Part shown: positions 13,252-28,269 of the stretch, piece by piece | How positions within the stretch are numbered: the first letter of the stretch is position 1 | Layout: every line of letters starts with the position of its first letter | DNA from: Iphione sp. A-MEVVRFRX5 | Taxonomy: Eukaryota | Assembly: GCA_976226885.1 (NCBI GenBank) | Contig: OZ320313.1 | Span: 51,026,001 to 51,090,000 of the forward strand | Direction of reading: 5' to 3' | DNA: 64,000 nucleotides | The notes under the pieces: model-generated | The model's database searches: none | Seen by the model: the letters and a program-made list of their open reading frames with translations, nothing else | What the model was told of the DNA's origin: nothing | Program-made: the position numbers and the translations under genes

Positions 13252-13930
13252 GATACAAAGGTGCATACACCAATACACATCCATACACACAACTACACAT
13301 ACATCTATACACCACACAATGGTGCATATACCAATACACATCCATACACATAACTACACATACAGCTATACACCACACAAAGGTGCATACACCAATACAC
13401 ATCCATACACACAACTACACATACATCTATACACCACACAAAGGTGCATATACCAATACACATCCATACACACAACTACACATACAGCTATACACCACAC
13501 AAAGGTGCATACACCAATACACATCCATACACACAACTACACATACAGCTATACACCACACAAAGGTGCATACACCAATACACATCCATACACACAACTA
13601 CACATACATCTATACACCACACAAAGGTGCATATACCAATACACATCCATACACACAACTACACATACAGCTATACACCACACAAAGGTGCATACACCAA
13701 TACACATCCATACACACAACTACACATATATATGTACACCACACAAAGGTGCATACACCAATACACATCCATACACACAACTACACATACATCTATACAC
13801 CACACAAAGGTGCATACACAAATACACATCCATACACACAACTACACATATATCTGTACACCACACAAAGATGCATACACCAGTACACAACTATACACAC
13901 AAGTACGCACATATCTATACACCACACAAA
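13252..13930. repeat. 61-bp CA-rich minisatellite, about 11 copies
   Basis: GTGCAT recurs at 13261, 13322, 13383, 13444 and onward (period 61). This explains three overlapping spurious ORFs. Confidence 0.95.
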
Positions 13931-14650
13931 GGCACATACACCTTTACAAATCCATGCACAAATCTATTCCACACAACCACACAGATATAAAGACATATTC
14001 ACCTAGATACATTAACACACACATATCAAAGACAAATAACATACACACATCCATACACAAATATATTATCCACAACTAGGTGCATATCTATAGACTTTAC
14101 AAAGATGTGATACTGCATACATCCTTACACAGATATACATTGTATACACATCCATAGTCATATATCTATAGACAAATACACCTACACATATATGTACAAA
14201 CACATCCATATACACATCTAAAAACACAAGTACACACATATGTATAGACAGATACACCTATGCATATCCATACAGCAAATCCTTACAAACTTCCATACAC
14301 ACAACTGCACACATATATATATAGACTGATACACATACACATATACATACACACATCTATACACAAAATAACACACATATCTATAGACACACATCCATAT
14401 ACACATCTATACACAAAACTACACACATATCTATAGACACACATCTACACACATCCATATACACATCTATACACACAAGTACACACTTATCTAGAGATAT
14501 ACCCACACACATATATACACAAAACTACACACATATCTATAGACACACATCCATATACACATCTATACACACAAGTACACACATATCTAGAGACACACCT
14601 ACACACATCCATACACACATCTGTACACAAAACTGCATATATATCTATAG
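13931..14650. repeat. Degenerate continuation of the CA-rich minisatellite with about 50-bp units (ACACATCCATATACACATCTATACACAAAACTACACACATATCTATAGAC)
   Basis: Repeated CATCCATATACACATCTATACAC and CATATCTATAGAC blocks at 14390-14650. Confidence 0.8.
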
Positions 14651-17164
14651 ACAATCTAGAGCCCCTAGTGGTTGCTTTCAGCGGTTCTGCTTCACTGCCC
14701 ATGGGTGTGACGTAGCTCCGCGCTCTTCCATAGAAAGTTCACCATGTAATACCTCAGTAGATAACCAAAGTTCCCAGTGAAAACACATGCGTATGGCTGT
14801 GCAAACATGGTGGATTGGGTATTTTCCCAATTTGATAAGAGACTTTATACACCATGGTACATACTACACGCATGCAAGGAAATACTCCTACTGCTATCCT
14901 ATGTATCCAAAATCCATCATACTATTATGCCCATGAAGACATGCGCCTAAGTTAACAGAGCCTAATTGTTGCTCCACACACATAACATAGTTGCCCGACG
15001 GGCAGCTGTTAAAACTAAAGCAGGGAAGCAATTTATAGTAAATCAGACTCCCTGAGCATTTAAAAAAAAGACACAAATCAATAGAAGAGGAAGAAAGGTA
15101 CTGTATGTTTTCCTGTTTTATATACTGAAATCAAACCTTGTTAAAAGGTAATTCCTATAGGACAAATGCCAACGGAAGCCGCTCAAAATCTACGTCCATT
15201 TATGGGGATAGATGGGAAGTAAGGTCTACTGCCGAAGCGATATATCCTTTGTGAGCCCCAACTAACTATATGTTGCTTTATATACCCGCTAGTGGATGAG
15301 ATGCGCTTATCTGCATTATATTATAGCTTTACTTCCAAGATGATCACCTTAGTAATTCTGAACGATTCTCCATGGAAGGACATATAACCTATCAGAGGTT
15401 ATTGTATGCACTCTCTTGTTTACCAATCTGTCGTAATGCGTAATCATGTATAAGACTGATTTTGAGGTGAGTGAACTCGAAGACAAATACTGTACCCGTA
15501 GGTCAAAAGTAATTATAATTGCATTGATATATAATACGCGTACGTCCATTTAGTTATTTCTGCTACATTTTAAAACCTAAGTTCTGAAAATGCCTCTAGA
15601 TACATCCAGAACGACACACTAAAAGCCAACATGATAAAGGTCCGTGCACTTCCCAGCGCAGCGACCAGGCAGGTGTCGACAGAGAATTCTGAACTGTGAC
15701 CCAACTGGGAAGGTGTCATTGTAGGCAGACAACAATGGCCATGGTGGGTAACATTAATTATGGCGGTCTTCCTCTCTGAGCATTAAGCGATGTCCTACTG
15801 TAAGTTTCTTGTACATCTGTCGCGGACATATGGTCTAACTAGCGTCCCCGCATACCCATGATCTTACTATTGACAAAACAAAGAAGACAGGCGTCATTCG
15901 TGGACTCCATCGTGCACGATTGCCTTCTGCGCAACATCCAATAAGAGCAGCCGCTTCTACCTATACACTGACCAATACTAGGGCGCTGAGTTTCAGTGAA
16001 AAAGTATAAGCTTACGTGAGCGTTCTTTATTTACTTGTGAAACGAATACGACAAGATAACAACATTCATCAGACCCTGGAATTATGGTGCACATCTCTGT
16101 ATATTTATGTACGTCTATATTTATCACGTATTTACTGGACTACTGGATTCACATAATTTGATTGGTTGATTTGAGTGGACGAAAGTACTAATTTGCCATT
16201 TCACTGAGCCAACGTTAAATATATATGGTACTCCCTCAATTGTTACTTCAGTAACATTCAATTAAACTGGTTGGTAAGGTGTGTCAAGCCACTATTGTAC
16301 TACCGTTTGTGATGATATAAGTGTACATGTAAATCTCCATCTACGGACAGACGAACTAGAGTTACAGTTTGTATACTCATGAATGTTTGTATATGAAATT
16401 TTTCTCCCATCTGTAAGCCTTTTGTCATTATCTTATAATTGTCCTCTTTCCATGGCATGCTCTCTGCTGACAAAAGAACATGGAAACTGCACTATACACG
16501 GACATACAATGTAGGCATCCAGCCGCGATCAAAAAGCCTTCTCGTCTTCCAAAGAGTGTTTTAGGCGCACAAATTGAACGGGACAAGCAGCACTCGTCAT
16601 ACATAATGGTACACAACAGACGACAATCTACGACTGCAGAAAACAGTATGCGCGTCTCCTGCCAGCACACAGTAAAGACAGGCTGATGTATACGGCCCGC
16701 TAACCACCGCCTGCTAGATGAACAGGGGAAGCCCATTACAGGGCACCGAGGCAAACGTTAGTGTTCATCACTGGAGGGCTTAAACTTGCGGCAAGAACGG
16801 CAGATAAAAGATGACCAGACAGAAGGCGCTACTGCCATCCTCGATCGAATACTGAACAGTGTTTCCTCACACCAACATGACCTGTCACCTAATGCTATGA
16901 ATTTGTAATTAGTATAGATAACCCATATAAATTGACTTTGCGTAGCGGGGAGACGAATGTTAACAAAAAAATCAACCCCTACCTATCGTAGGAACGCAAT
17001 ATGTGGCTGCTATAGCGAGTACATGACAATTATATAGTTTCAAACGTTATCCCATCATAAGTGAATACTAAGGATGATTATCGGCCAGCTTTTCACTGTC
17101 GATTTTCAGAATCTGATAAATAATCGATATCTTACCTATTTTTATCTGTCTCTCACCCTGTTGT

Positions 17165-17400
17165 TGTGTGTGTCTCTCTCTGTTCCTGTCTGTCTGTCTG
17201 CCTGACTATCTCTGTCTCTCACTCTCTCTCTCCCGTTTCTGTTCATTCTTCTCCCTCCTTACTCCTACTCCTCCCTCTACATAATCTTCTTTCTCCTCCT
17301 CTTTCTCCTCCTCTTACTCCTCCAACTCCTCTTTCTTTTCCCCACTTTCTTCTACTATTTCTCCTCTTACTTTTCATCCATCCATGTCCTCCTCTTCCTT
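17165..17400. repeat. CT-rich low-complexity tract
   Basis: Almost pure pyrimidine (CT, CTCCT) on the + strand. Confidence 0.85.
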
Positions 17401-20400
17401 CTAAAAATAAGTAAGTTTGATTTTGAATAAATTTGTATCAATAAAGAATCCAGTATCGATTATCACAATCTGGAAAATTATCGATCGATATGGCGATAAT
17501 GTATCCATCGATGCATCCCTGGTGAATACATACAAGTGACATAGACTAGTCAAAAGCCACACTGCATCTGAAGCTACTAAGTTAAAAGCTCTTGTCATCT
17601 TAAACGTAAGATAGTGGATCATTTCGGGTTGTTCCACCAGTAGACCCGCCTCCCTCCATGGGGGAAGCTAATAACAGTGGGATTATGTCGTATATATACA
17701 AGAGCGTGCCTACGATACACAACATATGAACCAATCTCTAGTAATAGTTTGTGCAAATACAAACCATTGAAAACTACAGAATCTATTCAACAAGTACTTG
17801 ATCAATGTATTGTGGGATTAATGTTCAGATATGATTTCATGGTGACAATCTAGCTTTCAAGTGTTCAATTTCTACGGATAAACGATATGTGTCATCGGAG
17901 AGGAAACTGAATGAAAGATATGTTTAAAGAAGCCTTGATTCTAATACGATACATATTAAATATCATCTGTTGCACACACGTCCATGCTAATGACAAAAAT
18001 AAAAGGAGCTCAGGTCTCAAGTATAGGGATGCAATATCCGGAACACAAGTGATTGCAGCAGGTTACCGTACGTCACACGAAAGAAAAATGTAGGCCTCGT
18101 CTAAGAACCGTCGTCTAGAAGTAGATATGTTTGAGAGTATACGAGTTATCTCAATGAAAAGCATCGGGAAATACCAATCTGCACCCCTTGCTTGTGGTAG
18201 TGCTAGGTCGGCCTGGGTCCCGCCCAGTTTCTATACAATACGAACTGTTGATCTGTTCACCGACTGGAAATCACGGACACGGACCAACAGCGCACATTAT
18301 CAAACACAGCAATCCTTATTCTCCCCGCTTTAATGAGTACCCAGCCTACCAACCGTATACAGATGCAAAAACAGTTCCCAGGCTACTAATCTAGCTCTCT
18401 ATTAACGGCGAACCAGACACAGGAATCTCACAGATGTCTTGGAAATCAAGCAGTTTCTCCCTTCCCTTAAGGGCAGGAAGGTGTTGGGCTATTTTCTAGG
18501 GAAACACCTCAGTTCCTGACTCGGCGAACGAGCTGCTTTTCCCTTTAGCAACTCTGAGCGAGAGTCCCAACTTCAACCATATTCAGTGTTGTTGTGAGTA
18601 GCGGCTTACACGTCATCTACATATATTTATAATAAAGAAGGCAACGAGAAGACAGCTTTGGAGTACGGAAAGAAACAAATTGTTTCAAATATATCAAAAA
18701 AATGTGACTTTAATGCCGCAACCTATGGCTGACAAAATCTGACAAACAACGATCGAAAGGGCAACGTAAATCTATCTAAAGTGCATGACAAATCCTTTCG
18801 CTCAGGAAATGAAGGCACCTCACTCACTTTTGTCTATACTAATCAAGACACTTGACAAGACTCAAGCTTTATCCGGCCATAGTTATAGTATTAAGAAGCA
18901 CCTTTGTTCAAAGTTGAGAGACGGTGACCTTTCATTCTTTCAAAAATCACCTTGTGTTTGCCTCTCTACCAGGAGAGATTCATAAACGGAACGGTTGTTA
19001 CTCCAGGGTCCGATTTATCGCACAAGAACAGCCGGGAGATAAAGGTAGCTTTGGTCTTTAAATCCATTACGTGCCACACTGAGGTATCCATACCACCTTT
19101 TACGCTTTTCTAGAGCGGCCTCTATGAAGAAAACGAACTAAATATAACACTTCTCACTGGACAAAAGGAAAACGTTTCCTTACTTTCAAACTGACCTTTC
19201 ATGTATAGGAATTAGGGACATTACGGAATGTGTCTATGTACACGTACACGTATGAAGCCTTGTAGGTACGTACGTACACGCTGGAATTTATTCCTTTATG
19301 TAATTTCCCACAGGTGCTCTGTATCCGCCATATTTTCATAACTAAGCGACAGAAAATGTACCCTTTTCGGAAAATACTGGACAGTGAAGAAAAACAAATC
19401 TCGTGATAAACACACCATTCTAGGCAGGGCACGCGATCTGCTAACGATATGTCTCTCTTTTGATTGCATACATCAATGTAAGAATATAAGAACATTTGGA
19501 CGACACCCGTTGACATATATACATACATGTATATACTCCATAAACACTGTCAATACTATGTTATGAAGAGAGACGTTGCAAACAGCATATATGTATACAG
19601 TAGTATATCCATCCGAATACATGTACAATCACATAATAAATTCTTCCTTGTTATTGACAATCTCGTGCATGTTTGCCCTAAAGCATTGTTTTGAATAATT
19701 GACTTCAGTCACCTCCTTAATTACGATTTTTACCTTCAGAGATTTTTCTTCCCTTTCAATTCTTGTGCTTTGAAGCCCTGGCACAGACAAGGTGCTACGT
19801 ACTCCGGCTCCCGCTGTACATGTACATACACCGCCCCTCCTACCTACGGGTTTAATAATTTAGAGAGCACGGTGCACCTGTGCTAGTCTTTGGCCGAGTT
19901 TAAAATGCTTCAAAGAGTAGCAGTGGGTGGAAATAAAAGTGATGTAATGTGAGTTTCGTAGCGCTCGAAATAGTTGTCCTTTGAAGCGTTCACGACGAGG
20001 AGGAGCTTAGAGTAAACCGTGCTGCCCAAGTTTTGCAAAGGCTCTGGCCTGTTTCCCAAAGCAATGGCCGCTGGCGATCACTAGAGCCTCCCAGCCAGCC
20101 GGTGCCCAGCGCCAAGGCGGCCTTTTTATTTTTAACACGGTGACATTTAGTCCCAGACAGGGCACATGGGGACATCCCTGTCGCCGTCGTCTCGGCGCGC
20201 GGTCCTATTATGCGAACAAAGATCCCCCCCCCCAACGGCTCGGTGCCCAAGGCCAGAGTGAGATCGACAGGTTGCAGCGCCTGCTCCCCGAGCCATCCAT
20301 TTAGGTGCACACTGAAGCGGAGAATACAAGATATGTACGATACCCCATGCCGAGAGGCTGCTGTTTGTGCCTTTTAAAATGCCGTACGTCTCTTATGATA

Positions 20401-23400
20401 AATCTAGTACCGTTGCGACCGTAACCGATTGCCCGCCGAACGACAAATACTAACTTAGAGCGAACGTTGCACCAAGTCTTGCGACATCGATTTATCATAA
20501 TAAGAGTATCCCTGGTCTACAAATAGGAGTGACATTAGCTTAGACAGGTCACTCCGTTTGGGCGACTGATTTATATCATTAGCCAAGTTAGTTGAGCTGT
20601 ATTGACTGCAGCACCCATGAAAGCCTCCTCTCAAAGCGATGCATCTAGCGAGCCGAATGAGCATCTAGCTGTGCAGAGTTGAACTCAGCTCGTTCCAAGT
20701 GTTGCTGGCATCGAGATGCTCTCAGTGTGAATATTGAATAGGCGTCGTGATACAGACAGAGAAGCAAAAAGACAAATCAGCAGCCATAAAGGCAGAAAAT
20801 ATGATTGACCGCTGTAAATCAAGAAATATAGACATATGAAGGTGAGATAAAAAGAATAGGTATGTATTTGGTTACGGCCACCCAAAAACTTAGGTGATTT
20901 TTTATTCCACTTTCTTCCTCTGTTTTTCAATAATAATAAAGATAATATGAAGAATTTCAACCAATTTGCATGAGTTTACGCTTTTTAACGAATTTCCATG
21001 GATTTTGTTGTTTTTCTACTGAATTTACCAAAGATGTACCTAAGGAACTTCAGCCTTGGAATCTCTTTGGGGCCAAATATTTTAGGTAGGGTGAGGTTTT
21101 ACTAGGTATGGTTGGGTAACCAGAAACAATTTTTTTTTTTGGGGGGGGGGGATCTGAAATGAGCAAGATTTGTCTATTTCATATTATTAATAGATCACAT
21201 AAGTTTAGAGCATTATCCCTGTCCGTAAAGGCACTACATAGCATCGAAGGTAAATGTCTAAACTGGCCTACACCACCAACAGTATGTAAAGCATGTACAT
21301 ACAGAAAATAACTGATTGGAGAATGGCACTAATTCATGCCATGTGGATGAAACGTCATATGCTATCGGAAGACGCTGGATGATTGTAACATGTCTCCCTT
21401 ACAGCTGTCTACCTAGAGAAGGGACCTGGACTATCTTACTTTTGATAGACTATTAGGATGCCTACGTTAACAACGAAAAAGTAGCAATTCAAATTCTGAC
21501 GGAAACTGGGGGCTTTTCCCTCACACATACGTCGAAAAATCGTTTGACGTTAGCGGTACCGTACTACATTTGACGAGTACCACAGAAACTGGAAACAACA
21601 GTCAGCATGTCGGACAGAAAAAGTGACACATGCGCAGACACGCAGACAGCAAAATACGAGCGCCTAGATAAAATGCATACAAAACATTTCCGACCTTTTA
21701 ATTCTATGGATGAAAAAAAACTTGCCTTTGTGCCACTGAACCAATGTGCAAAAAGAAGGTTGACTGAAGGGCTAGGAAGACCATAACTGTATGGAAAATC
21801 TGCACTTTTTATAAATCTGCTTTCAGCCCGTTGTATTGTATTTGCAGACCTGTGTTTCACTGTTCTTCCTCTACTTCACACTTTTTCTGTCTCATGTCTC
21901 CATTATTTTCTTGTGACTGTTATTGCCTTTCCCCGTTTGCATGATAACGTGGGCGGAACATTTTCAAATGAAACAGGATTGATCCTTCTGTCCATATGGA
22001 CGTCTTTAGTAGCTTCTCCTTTCTTTAAAATGAACGGAGGGACGGGTTCTCATTGTGCCTACACTCCCACTTTAAAATGGAGAATATTCACACGTATCTG
22101 TTTTCTGGAATGCGAATGCCTCCCGTCATATTTTCGTAAGTTCTGCCAATTATATCTTGATTATGCTATTAACTCTGCTGGTGTGACAATGTTGCCCATA
22201 GGAGACCCACAAGTTTATCTTCCAGAGAACAGAACATGTGATGAATCTCAGCAGATAGACTACGAAGAAGACAGTTTGGGACATAATGTTTTGATAATTA
22301 CTATCAAAATGCAGTTTCTCGGTGTACTCTGGGGAGAGTAATATGTGGTTTACTACGTACATGTATACACTTGGATACTCCTGAGGAAAAGGTCTAGTTC
22401 AGCCTTTCTACAGTCAGCCCTCACTCGCATACTTCACTCCTCCAGCGCACATTACAGTACCCACAGACAGTCAGGTTGTACTCTCCTTGTCACGCATGTC
22501 ATTTTTCATAAAGTAGTGCACTAATTCTTTTTTACTTTAACTATCTGTCAATATTTGTATTACAAGGGCAATACAGACAGTTCTGTATTATGGTTCAAAT
22601 AAATGTATATGAATACTGTGAAGAAAACCAAAGGAGTGTATGCAAATTCACCTATATTTTTCAGCAGAGCATTGATAACAAAGCCAACCACCGTTGTAAG
22701 CAACAGTGCTTGCAATTGCATGTCGACTGGAATTCCGGTAATTTTCAAACTCGAACCGTCGATGTCCCCTCTCATTTCCAGACTTTTAACAATTTCGCGT
22801 TGTCTCTGGGGAGGGTGTACTAATCAGGTTCAAACGTATATACCTTATTACTTTACGGGATATTGTTAACGGTTAACCACTTTGCACGTATAGGAGAGCT
22901 TTACTTTTTTCTATCTCGATAGCAAAACCCATACTTTTACCGGGGAGACCAAACCAGACAAAAGAAATTAATTTGTAAATCACCAATATGCCTAAATGTA
23001 CATTGTAACTGACTTCAAATACAATCTAACTGTCGGACAGGCTGACTTTTGTTCAGTGCCAAGCTTGATCTCCCACCTGGCTCTACACTGTATTTTGTCA
23101 ACATGACATGACGATCACCATTCAATCTGCATTTCTAGTGGATAGCAGAATGTAATAATGTAGTTTCCAGCACTGAATATGTAGCGCTGGGATGTAATCC
23201 ATGATAGGAATGTGCATAGATACTTCCCAGATGGACTGCTGATTGCCTTTCAAATGCCCTCAACATTGCTCAGTATGGAAAGCCGTATAGATACTGTGAT
23301 ATTTATGTACAGTCGAACCTGGTCTTCCGGACCACCTGCGGAATCCGATATTTTGTATGGATACCGGTTAATACGGAGTACAAAACAGCGACTATGCATC

Positions 23401-23439
23401 TCCTAGTGGGGAAAATTGTCATAATGGTAAAGCTTTGTT

Positions 23440-23620
23440 CTCTGCGCTCTGTTGTTTCTTCTTATGGGAGGGTCTGGCCTGCTTGTTGCTGTTATATAAT
23501 CATTTCGCACATCTGTACTTGACTTTGAGCCTCTGATAGTTGCTCTGCGCTTTGTTGTTTCTATGTTTATGAGTGTCTGGGCTGCATATTGCTGTTATAT
23601 AATCGTTTTGCGCATCTCTG
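23440..23620. repeat. Diverged direct repeat, period about 103 bp, 2 copies
   Basis: CTCTGCGCTYTGTTGTTTCT...TTGCTGTTATATAATC at 23440 and 23543. Confidence 0.75.
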
Positions 23621-25804
23621 ATGCTCCCTTTGTTCTCCCTTGTCTGGATGCTGGGGTCGTTTCCCTATGTTAGATGGTCTAAAATGCAGTTAAATAGTGT
23701 ACGAATCGGAATGTGAGTTTCCGGTTAATTATTCAATTTATTATAGAAAAAGGTTTGGTAATTCATAATCTCTACGGTTAATGCGGCAATACGAATACCG
23801 GGGTTACGGAAGACGGGGCTCCTCTGTATATTCATTTGATACATATGCACAGCGTGCCCACTTCATCAATGCCCTCTGTCTGTGTCTAATCTTTACGACG
23901 GTTAATTTCAAATCTCACTAATTAAAAGTCAGACTCATCAATATTTACGTCTAATAATGTTTCTACTTCCAGATTAATCGCACATTAAGTTGATAAAACT
24001 GTCAGAGGATCCACTTCAATTAATAAGTGGTACTGTTTTTTGGCTTAATTAATCCGGCATTATTGGAACCTAGCTGCTACATCCACGAGGGCATAGGACC
24101 ATAGCCACGTATAACCGCGATGGCAGGGCTCCATCTGTCAGCTCTTGATTATCTCTAATAATGTTAAGGATTAAAAGTTATGGACATGACTAATTAATAT
24201 CAAAAGATACAGGTAGGCCCTATTTATTGATGATACACCCACGTCTACATGCATACATGTATTTATGGAATATACATGTATATCTTGTGAAGGACAGCAA
24301 GTAGCACTGCACTTTGCCCCAATGGATCTAATAGAAGCCCATGACGCTATACGCTATGATAAAGGGGCATCACACTGACTGTTTTATAATAAGCTGGTCC
24401 TATACTTACCGGAGGCCGTGACGTCAACAGTTCCTAGAAAGGCCATGAGTAGTATGACGTATTTGACGCAAGGGTTCGCAGCAGATGGCTGACTGGGTAT
24501 ATTAGTAACGAATCTTCTTGGCCTGTGAAGCACCATGCTGGCAGTGGATTTAAAAACTCTTCACGGTTGTTTGTCTAGTGGTTACCTGCTGAGATTTCCC
24601 GGAGGTGGAAGCACAACAGATGCAATTAAACAATCAGCAGCCATGGGGTGTCGCCGAAGAAAGTTAAACTACCGGCAGCTCTCAGTTTGTGACTGAAGAT
24701 GGTTTTGAAGTATTCAAAACTGTCAAAATTTTGTCAGATCTGAAATGCAGCCCTGAGAGGTCAATGTGTGAGTGTGTCAACAAAATCGGTGCGGCTGACA
24801 AGAGTGACAAGGAATCACGGACAAGGGTGTTATTGATCTTACACACAGTTCACCTGTCGTGTGGTCTATGACTCAACCTGACCTCAAATATGGTGAGTCT
24901 GACATGTTCACTGCTTAGTTAGACGTATAGGCCTACGGCATCTTCCGCGCTCTGTAGAAATGGCTGCTGCAGCACTAGGTTCTTGGTCCTATATAGTTCT
25001 CCCTGCATCACCGTGTCCACAAGTAGCTTACACTTTATGTATGAGAAATTAAATCTAGACAACCCATCAAATCTGGTCCGCTGTTCTGTATAAGGAGCCG
25101 GCTTGCATGGCATGTGAATTCGCTGTTCTGAGTTGCAACAGTTCCCACAAATGCACCCGCATCTTGACGTAGCAGCACAGCGCGATTCTCTCCCTAACTT
25201 AACTGGCAGGTTACCTTCATCTACGTGTAACCTGACCATCAAAATTTCCCCCCGCTATCTCATTCTCAGTCAGAGGCAACGACTTGTTACACTGCTATGT
25301 CTGGTCTCCAGCATTAGCTAAATACGTATCCCTGTGCCTATGTTAGGCGAAGCGAATCGGTCCCTTTGTGTTCAGGAGCTTGTTGGTCAGATATCCACAG
25401 AGGCAGCCGCACCTTGTCCCCGCGGCCTTCACTCGCTTGTCCTCCGGCAGCAAGCAGTAGCGTCCCCCACAGACGCTTTCGACGTGGTGGTGCGCGCCTT
25501 CAACTACTAGCCGCTAGTAGCCAAATACCCATACAGGTTACATTTTAAGTACTTTCCCATAGAAGTACGCACTCAGATCTCCGCTGCATATGAAAATGTC
25601 CAAATAACTCCGTATACGGTGCGTCGGACGCTCTGAAAACACCACAATGAGCTCAACTATGTTCGGGATATGCACACCGCCATGCCAAACGTAAACGAAC
25701 AGTGGTGCTTCCAAGCGGGCAGGTGACAAACAAGGTTGACTCGGGCGACATCTGAGGGAGAAAGTGTCAATTGAGAAATCCTCTCCGAAATGACGTCCTG
25801 GATT

Positions 25805-26819
25805 TTTATTGATGGGATGTGATAAATGGGATATTTTATTCCAGAGTACTTTGCTTCCTAATGTACAGTGGTCTGATGCATTTAGATTTACAGTACTATA
25901 TGAGCCATATGTCAACTACATCAGGATTACATCCATTCGTAGGTCCATGTGTAATTTTCCTTCTAATTACATACATTACCTTATATTCGAGGAGGAAACA
26001 TATTCAATTCTTTCATTCAAGCTACTCTAAAATCACTTCTTATCCTTTTATTGTATCTGATTCTTTTCCATAAGGTTTTCATTCCATCATACGGTAGGTT
26101 ACTCTCTGGAATGGACAACGTTTGCAAAATTCTTTGAACCCTGTATATTGGAGATCTTCGAAAAAAACTCCTTGTTAGGCCATACCTGGGGTATTATGTA
26201 ATTTACCTATGACAAAGTTACCATATTCAATAACAGGCATTATCATGGTACGCATTACTTATATTGCATAACTTCTATTCAAAAATTTCCTTATGTACTG
26301 ATAGTACTTTAGTTTAGAGTAGCCTTTGCTTAGTAACTTTTTAATATAAGGAGTCCATGTTAGTCTGCTATCAAACAATACCCCTAGATATCGAAAAACA
26401 CTGACCTCCTCAATATTCTCATTCCCTAGGGTTATATTCATGTCTCTTATACTTCTAGCTGGACCAAATCTCATTACCTTTGTTTTTTTCTTGTTTATTA
26501 CTATTTTGTTCTTTGATGACCAAGCTGATATTGCATTCAAGTCTTCCTGCAAGTTTTTATCAGCATCCTCCTCTGAGTCTGCAGCACTGACAATTGCAAC
26601 ATAATCTGCGTACATTACTATCTTACTCTTTTTTATGATCAAAGGAAGAGCATTGATAAAAAGCAGGAACAGGAGTGGGCCCAATACAGAGCCCCGTGGC
26701 ACACCACAAGTTATTTGTAATTTTTGTGATTCCTGGCCTTTACTTGTTGTTATCTGATATCTATTTTCTAAGTAACTGGACATCCAAGGCACAATTGATC
26801 CCAACCCCATTTTAGTCAT
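25805..26819 (-). mobile_element. 5'-truncated, decayed non-LTR retrotransposon (CR1/L2-like) RT fragment
   Basis: ORF 26259-26819 has WMSSYLENRYQ, GVPRGSVLGPLLFLLFINAL, YADY (degenerate YADD), INKKKTKVM and FRYLGVLFDSRLTW. After a frameshift it continues as MIMPVIEYG and later GSKVLWNKI (C-terminal WNxLP-like). Confidence 0.85.
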
Positions 26820-27294
26820 TTCTATTATTATTATTTGATGTGTACATACATTATTTATATTTTGACCAGTATTTACAAAGTATTTTAATGCTAGTGATAG
26901 GATGAGATGGAGTAAATGAGTTTAGAGTTAGTGCCCGAGATGGACATGAGTGAGTTATGTGCATTGGCAATAGTCTTGAGAATTTGATGTAAAAGTGAAC
27001 ATGATGAGCAGTATTACAAACAGATTTCATCCTATGTTTTATCTCACTTATACTATGCAATATCTGTGTCAAAAGAATTGTCTAACGAATTTATTTCATG
27101 TTTAAGTTATCAAACCTCTATTAGTGTATCATTTGCTACTAGAAAGCAGCGTAAGATTCATTTCCTAAAACCTTCATATCAACAATGGTATTTCATATTT
27201 GATAATAGCAGCTGTATGCTTCATGTTCTCTCTCCATTTGCCTGTGTGGTGGAAATCGGCCAGTACCTCATTTCCACAGTTCGACAGGACATAG

Positions 27295-27492
27295 CTAATA
27301 ACGATTAACTCAGAATTCGCATCAGCAATAATCCTTAAAGAATTGGCCGATAAAGCTTCACCAAGAATTAACTAGCATGTAGCTGTTCACCACTTATTAA
27401 CAGCGTTTTGCATTTAATACAGGAGGCAGATAGCAGTTCGCGTTGAATTGAAATATCCAATAATCCTTCACCAGAATAGCTGACACCCCCTG
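27295..27492 (+). mobile_element. Diverged, left-truncated copy of the hAT-like MITE at 42329
   Basis: Shares GCTTCACCAAG, TAGCAGTTCGCGTTGAA and the right terminus TGACACCCCCTG. Confidence 0.65.
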
Positions 27493-27669
27493 TACATTTA
27501 GATTTTTTTTCCGTATATTGCAGTCTGTAAATTCTGGCCACCTCTCCGGACCTCTCTGTTCAGAGAGTGGCCATGTGAAGTGTATGGGTGGTCACAGGCA
27601 CAGACTGGCAGGGTGACAAGCAAGGTGACGAGGAGGGGTGAATTTTACTGGAAAAAAGTGAGAACACTG

Positions 27670-27822
27670 GCAAATTTTGATGGGAATAGCGGCGAAAACC
27701 AGAAAATTCACTGAAAATTTATAAAAATTGGCAAATTTTATGGGAATAGCAGCAATATTGGGGGATTTCACTGGGAAAAGTATGAGAAATGGTGAATTTG
27801 ATGGGAATAGCAGCGAAAACTG
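27670..27822. repeat. Three diverged about 60-bp purine-rich repeats (GGCAAATTTTGATGGGAATAGCGGCGAAAAC)
   Basis: ATGGGAATAGC at about 27680, 27740 and 27800. Confidence 0.65.
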
Positions 27823-27889
27823 ATTAATTTCACTGGCAAAAGATGAAAGTTTGCGAGGAAATATTTGGACATGTGCTGTAATCACCTTA

Positions 27890-28227
27890 GGCCTAAAAAA
27901 AAAGTTCTGTGTTTCCGATAACATGCTGAAAAAAATGAAGGGATGGTAGGTCGGTGGAATAATTTTTTTTATTCTTCTTTTTTTCTGTGTTAATTCTTTC
28001 TCAAAGAAACAAATGGGCATAGTATCATATGTTGTACTGCTTAGATCTTAATTGAACTTATATCAAATGAAAGCTAATAATATAAGGAACAAAATGATGT
28101 ATTGGATATGTTTCTACCATGATTCATTCTGAAGTTATACACAAAACAATAAAAAAATAAAAAGTAGCAAATGTATAGAATGTAGGGTCAGTCTGGTTAC
28201 CGGAAACACAGATATTTTTTTTAGGTC
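27890..28227 (+). mobile_element. PIF/Harbinger-type MITE family 2, copy A (TTA TSD)
   Basis: TTA|GGCCTAAAAAAAAAGTTCTGTGTTTCCGATAAC ... GTTACCGGAAACACAGATATTTTTTTTAGGTC|TTA. Homologous along its length to 43374-43704. Confidence 0.85.
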
Positions 28228-28269
28228 TTAGCTGCCTCCTACAAAGGATATTCTCTATTTTACTTTTCT

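Noticed and set aside
13319-14079. Three overlapping 207-223 aa His/Thr/Tyr-rich ORFs
   Set aside because: They are a by-product of a stop-free 61-bp minisatellite read in three frames, with no splice or domain evidence.
24419-24426. CRE palindrome TGACGTCA
   Set aside because: A single 8-mer without promoter context is close to chance expectation.
24919-25548. Cys-rich ORFs in a CpG-richer patch (CGCICGNCC; minus-strand HHHVESVCGGRYC)
   Set aside because: No recognisable domain spacing or convincing splice boundaries.
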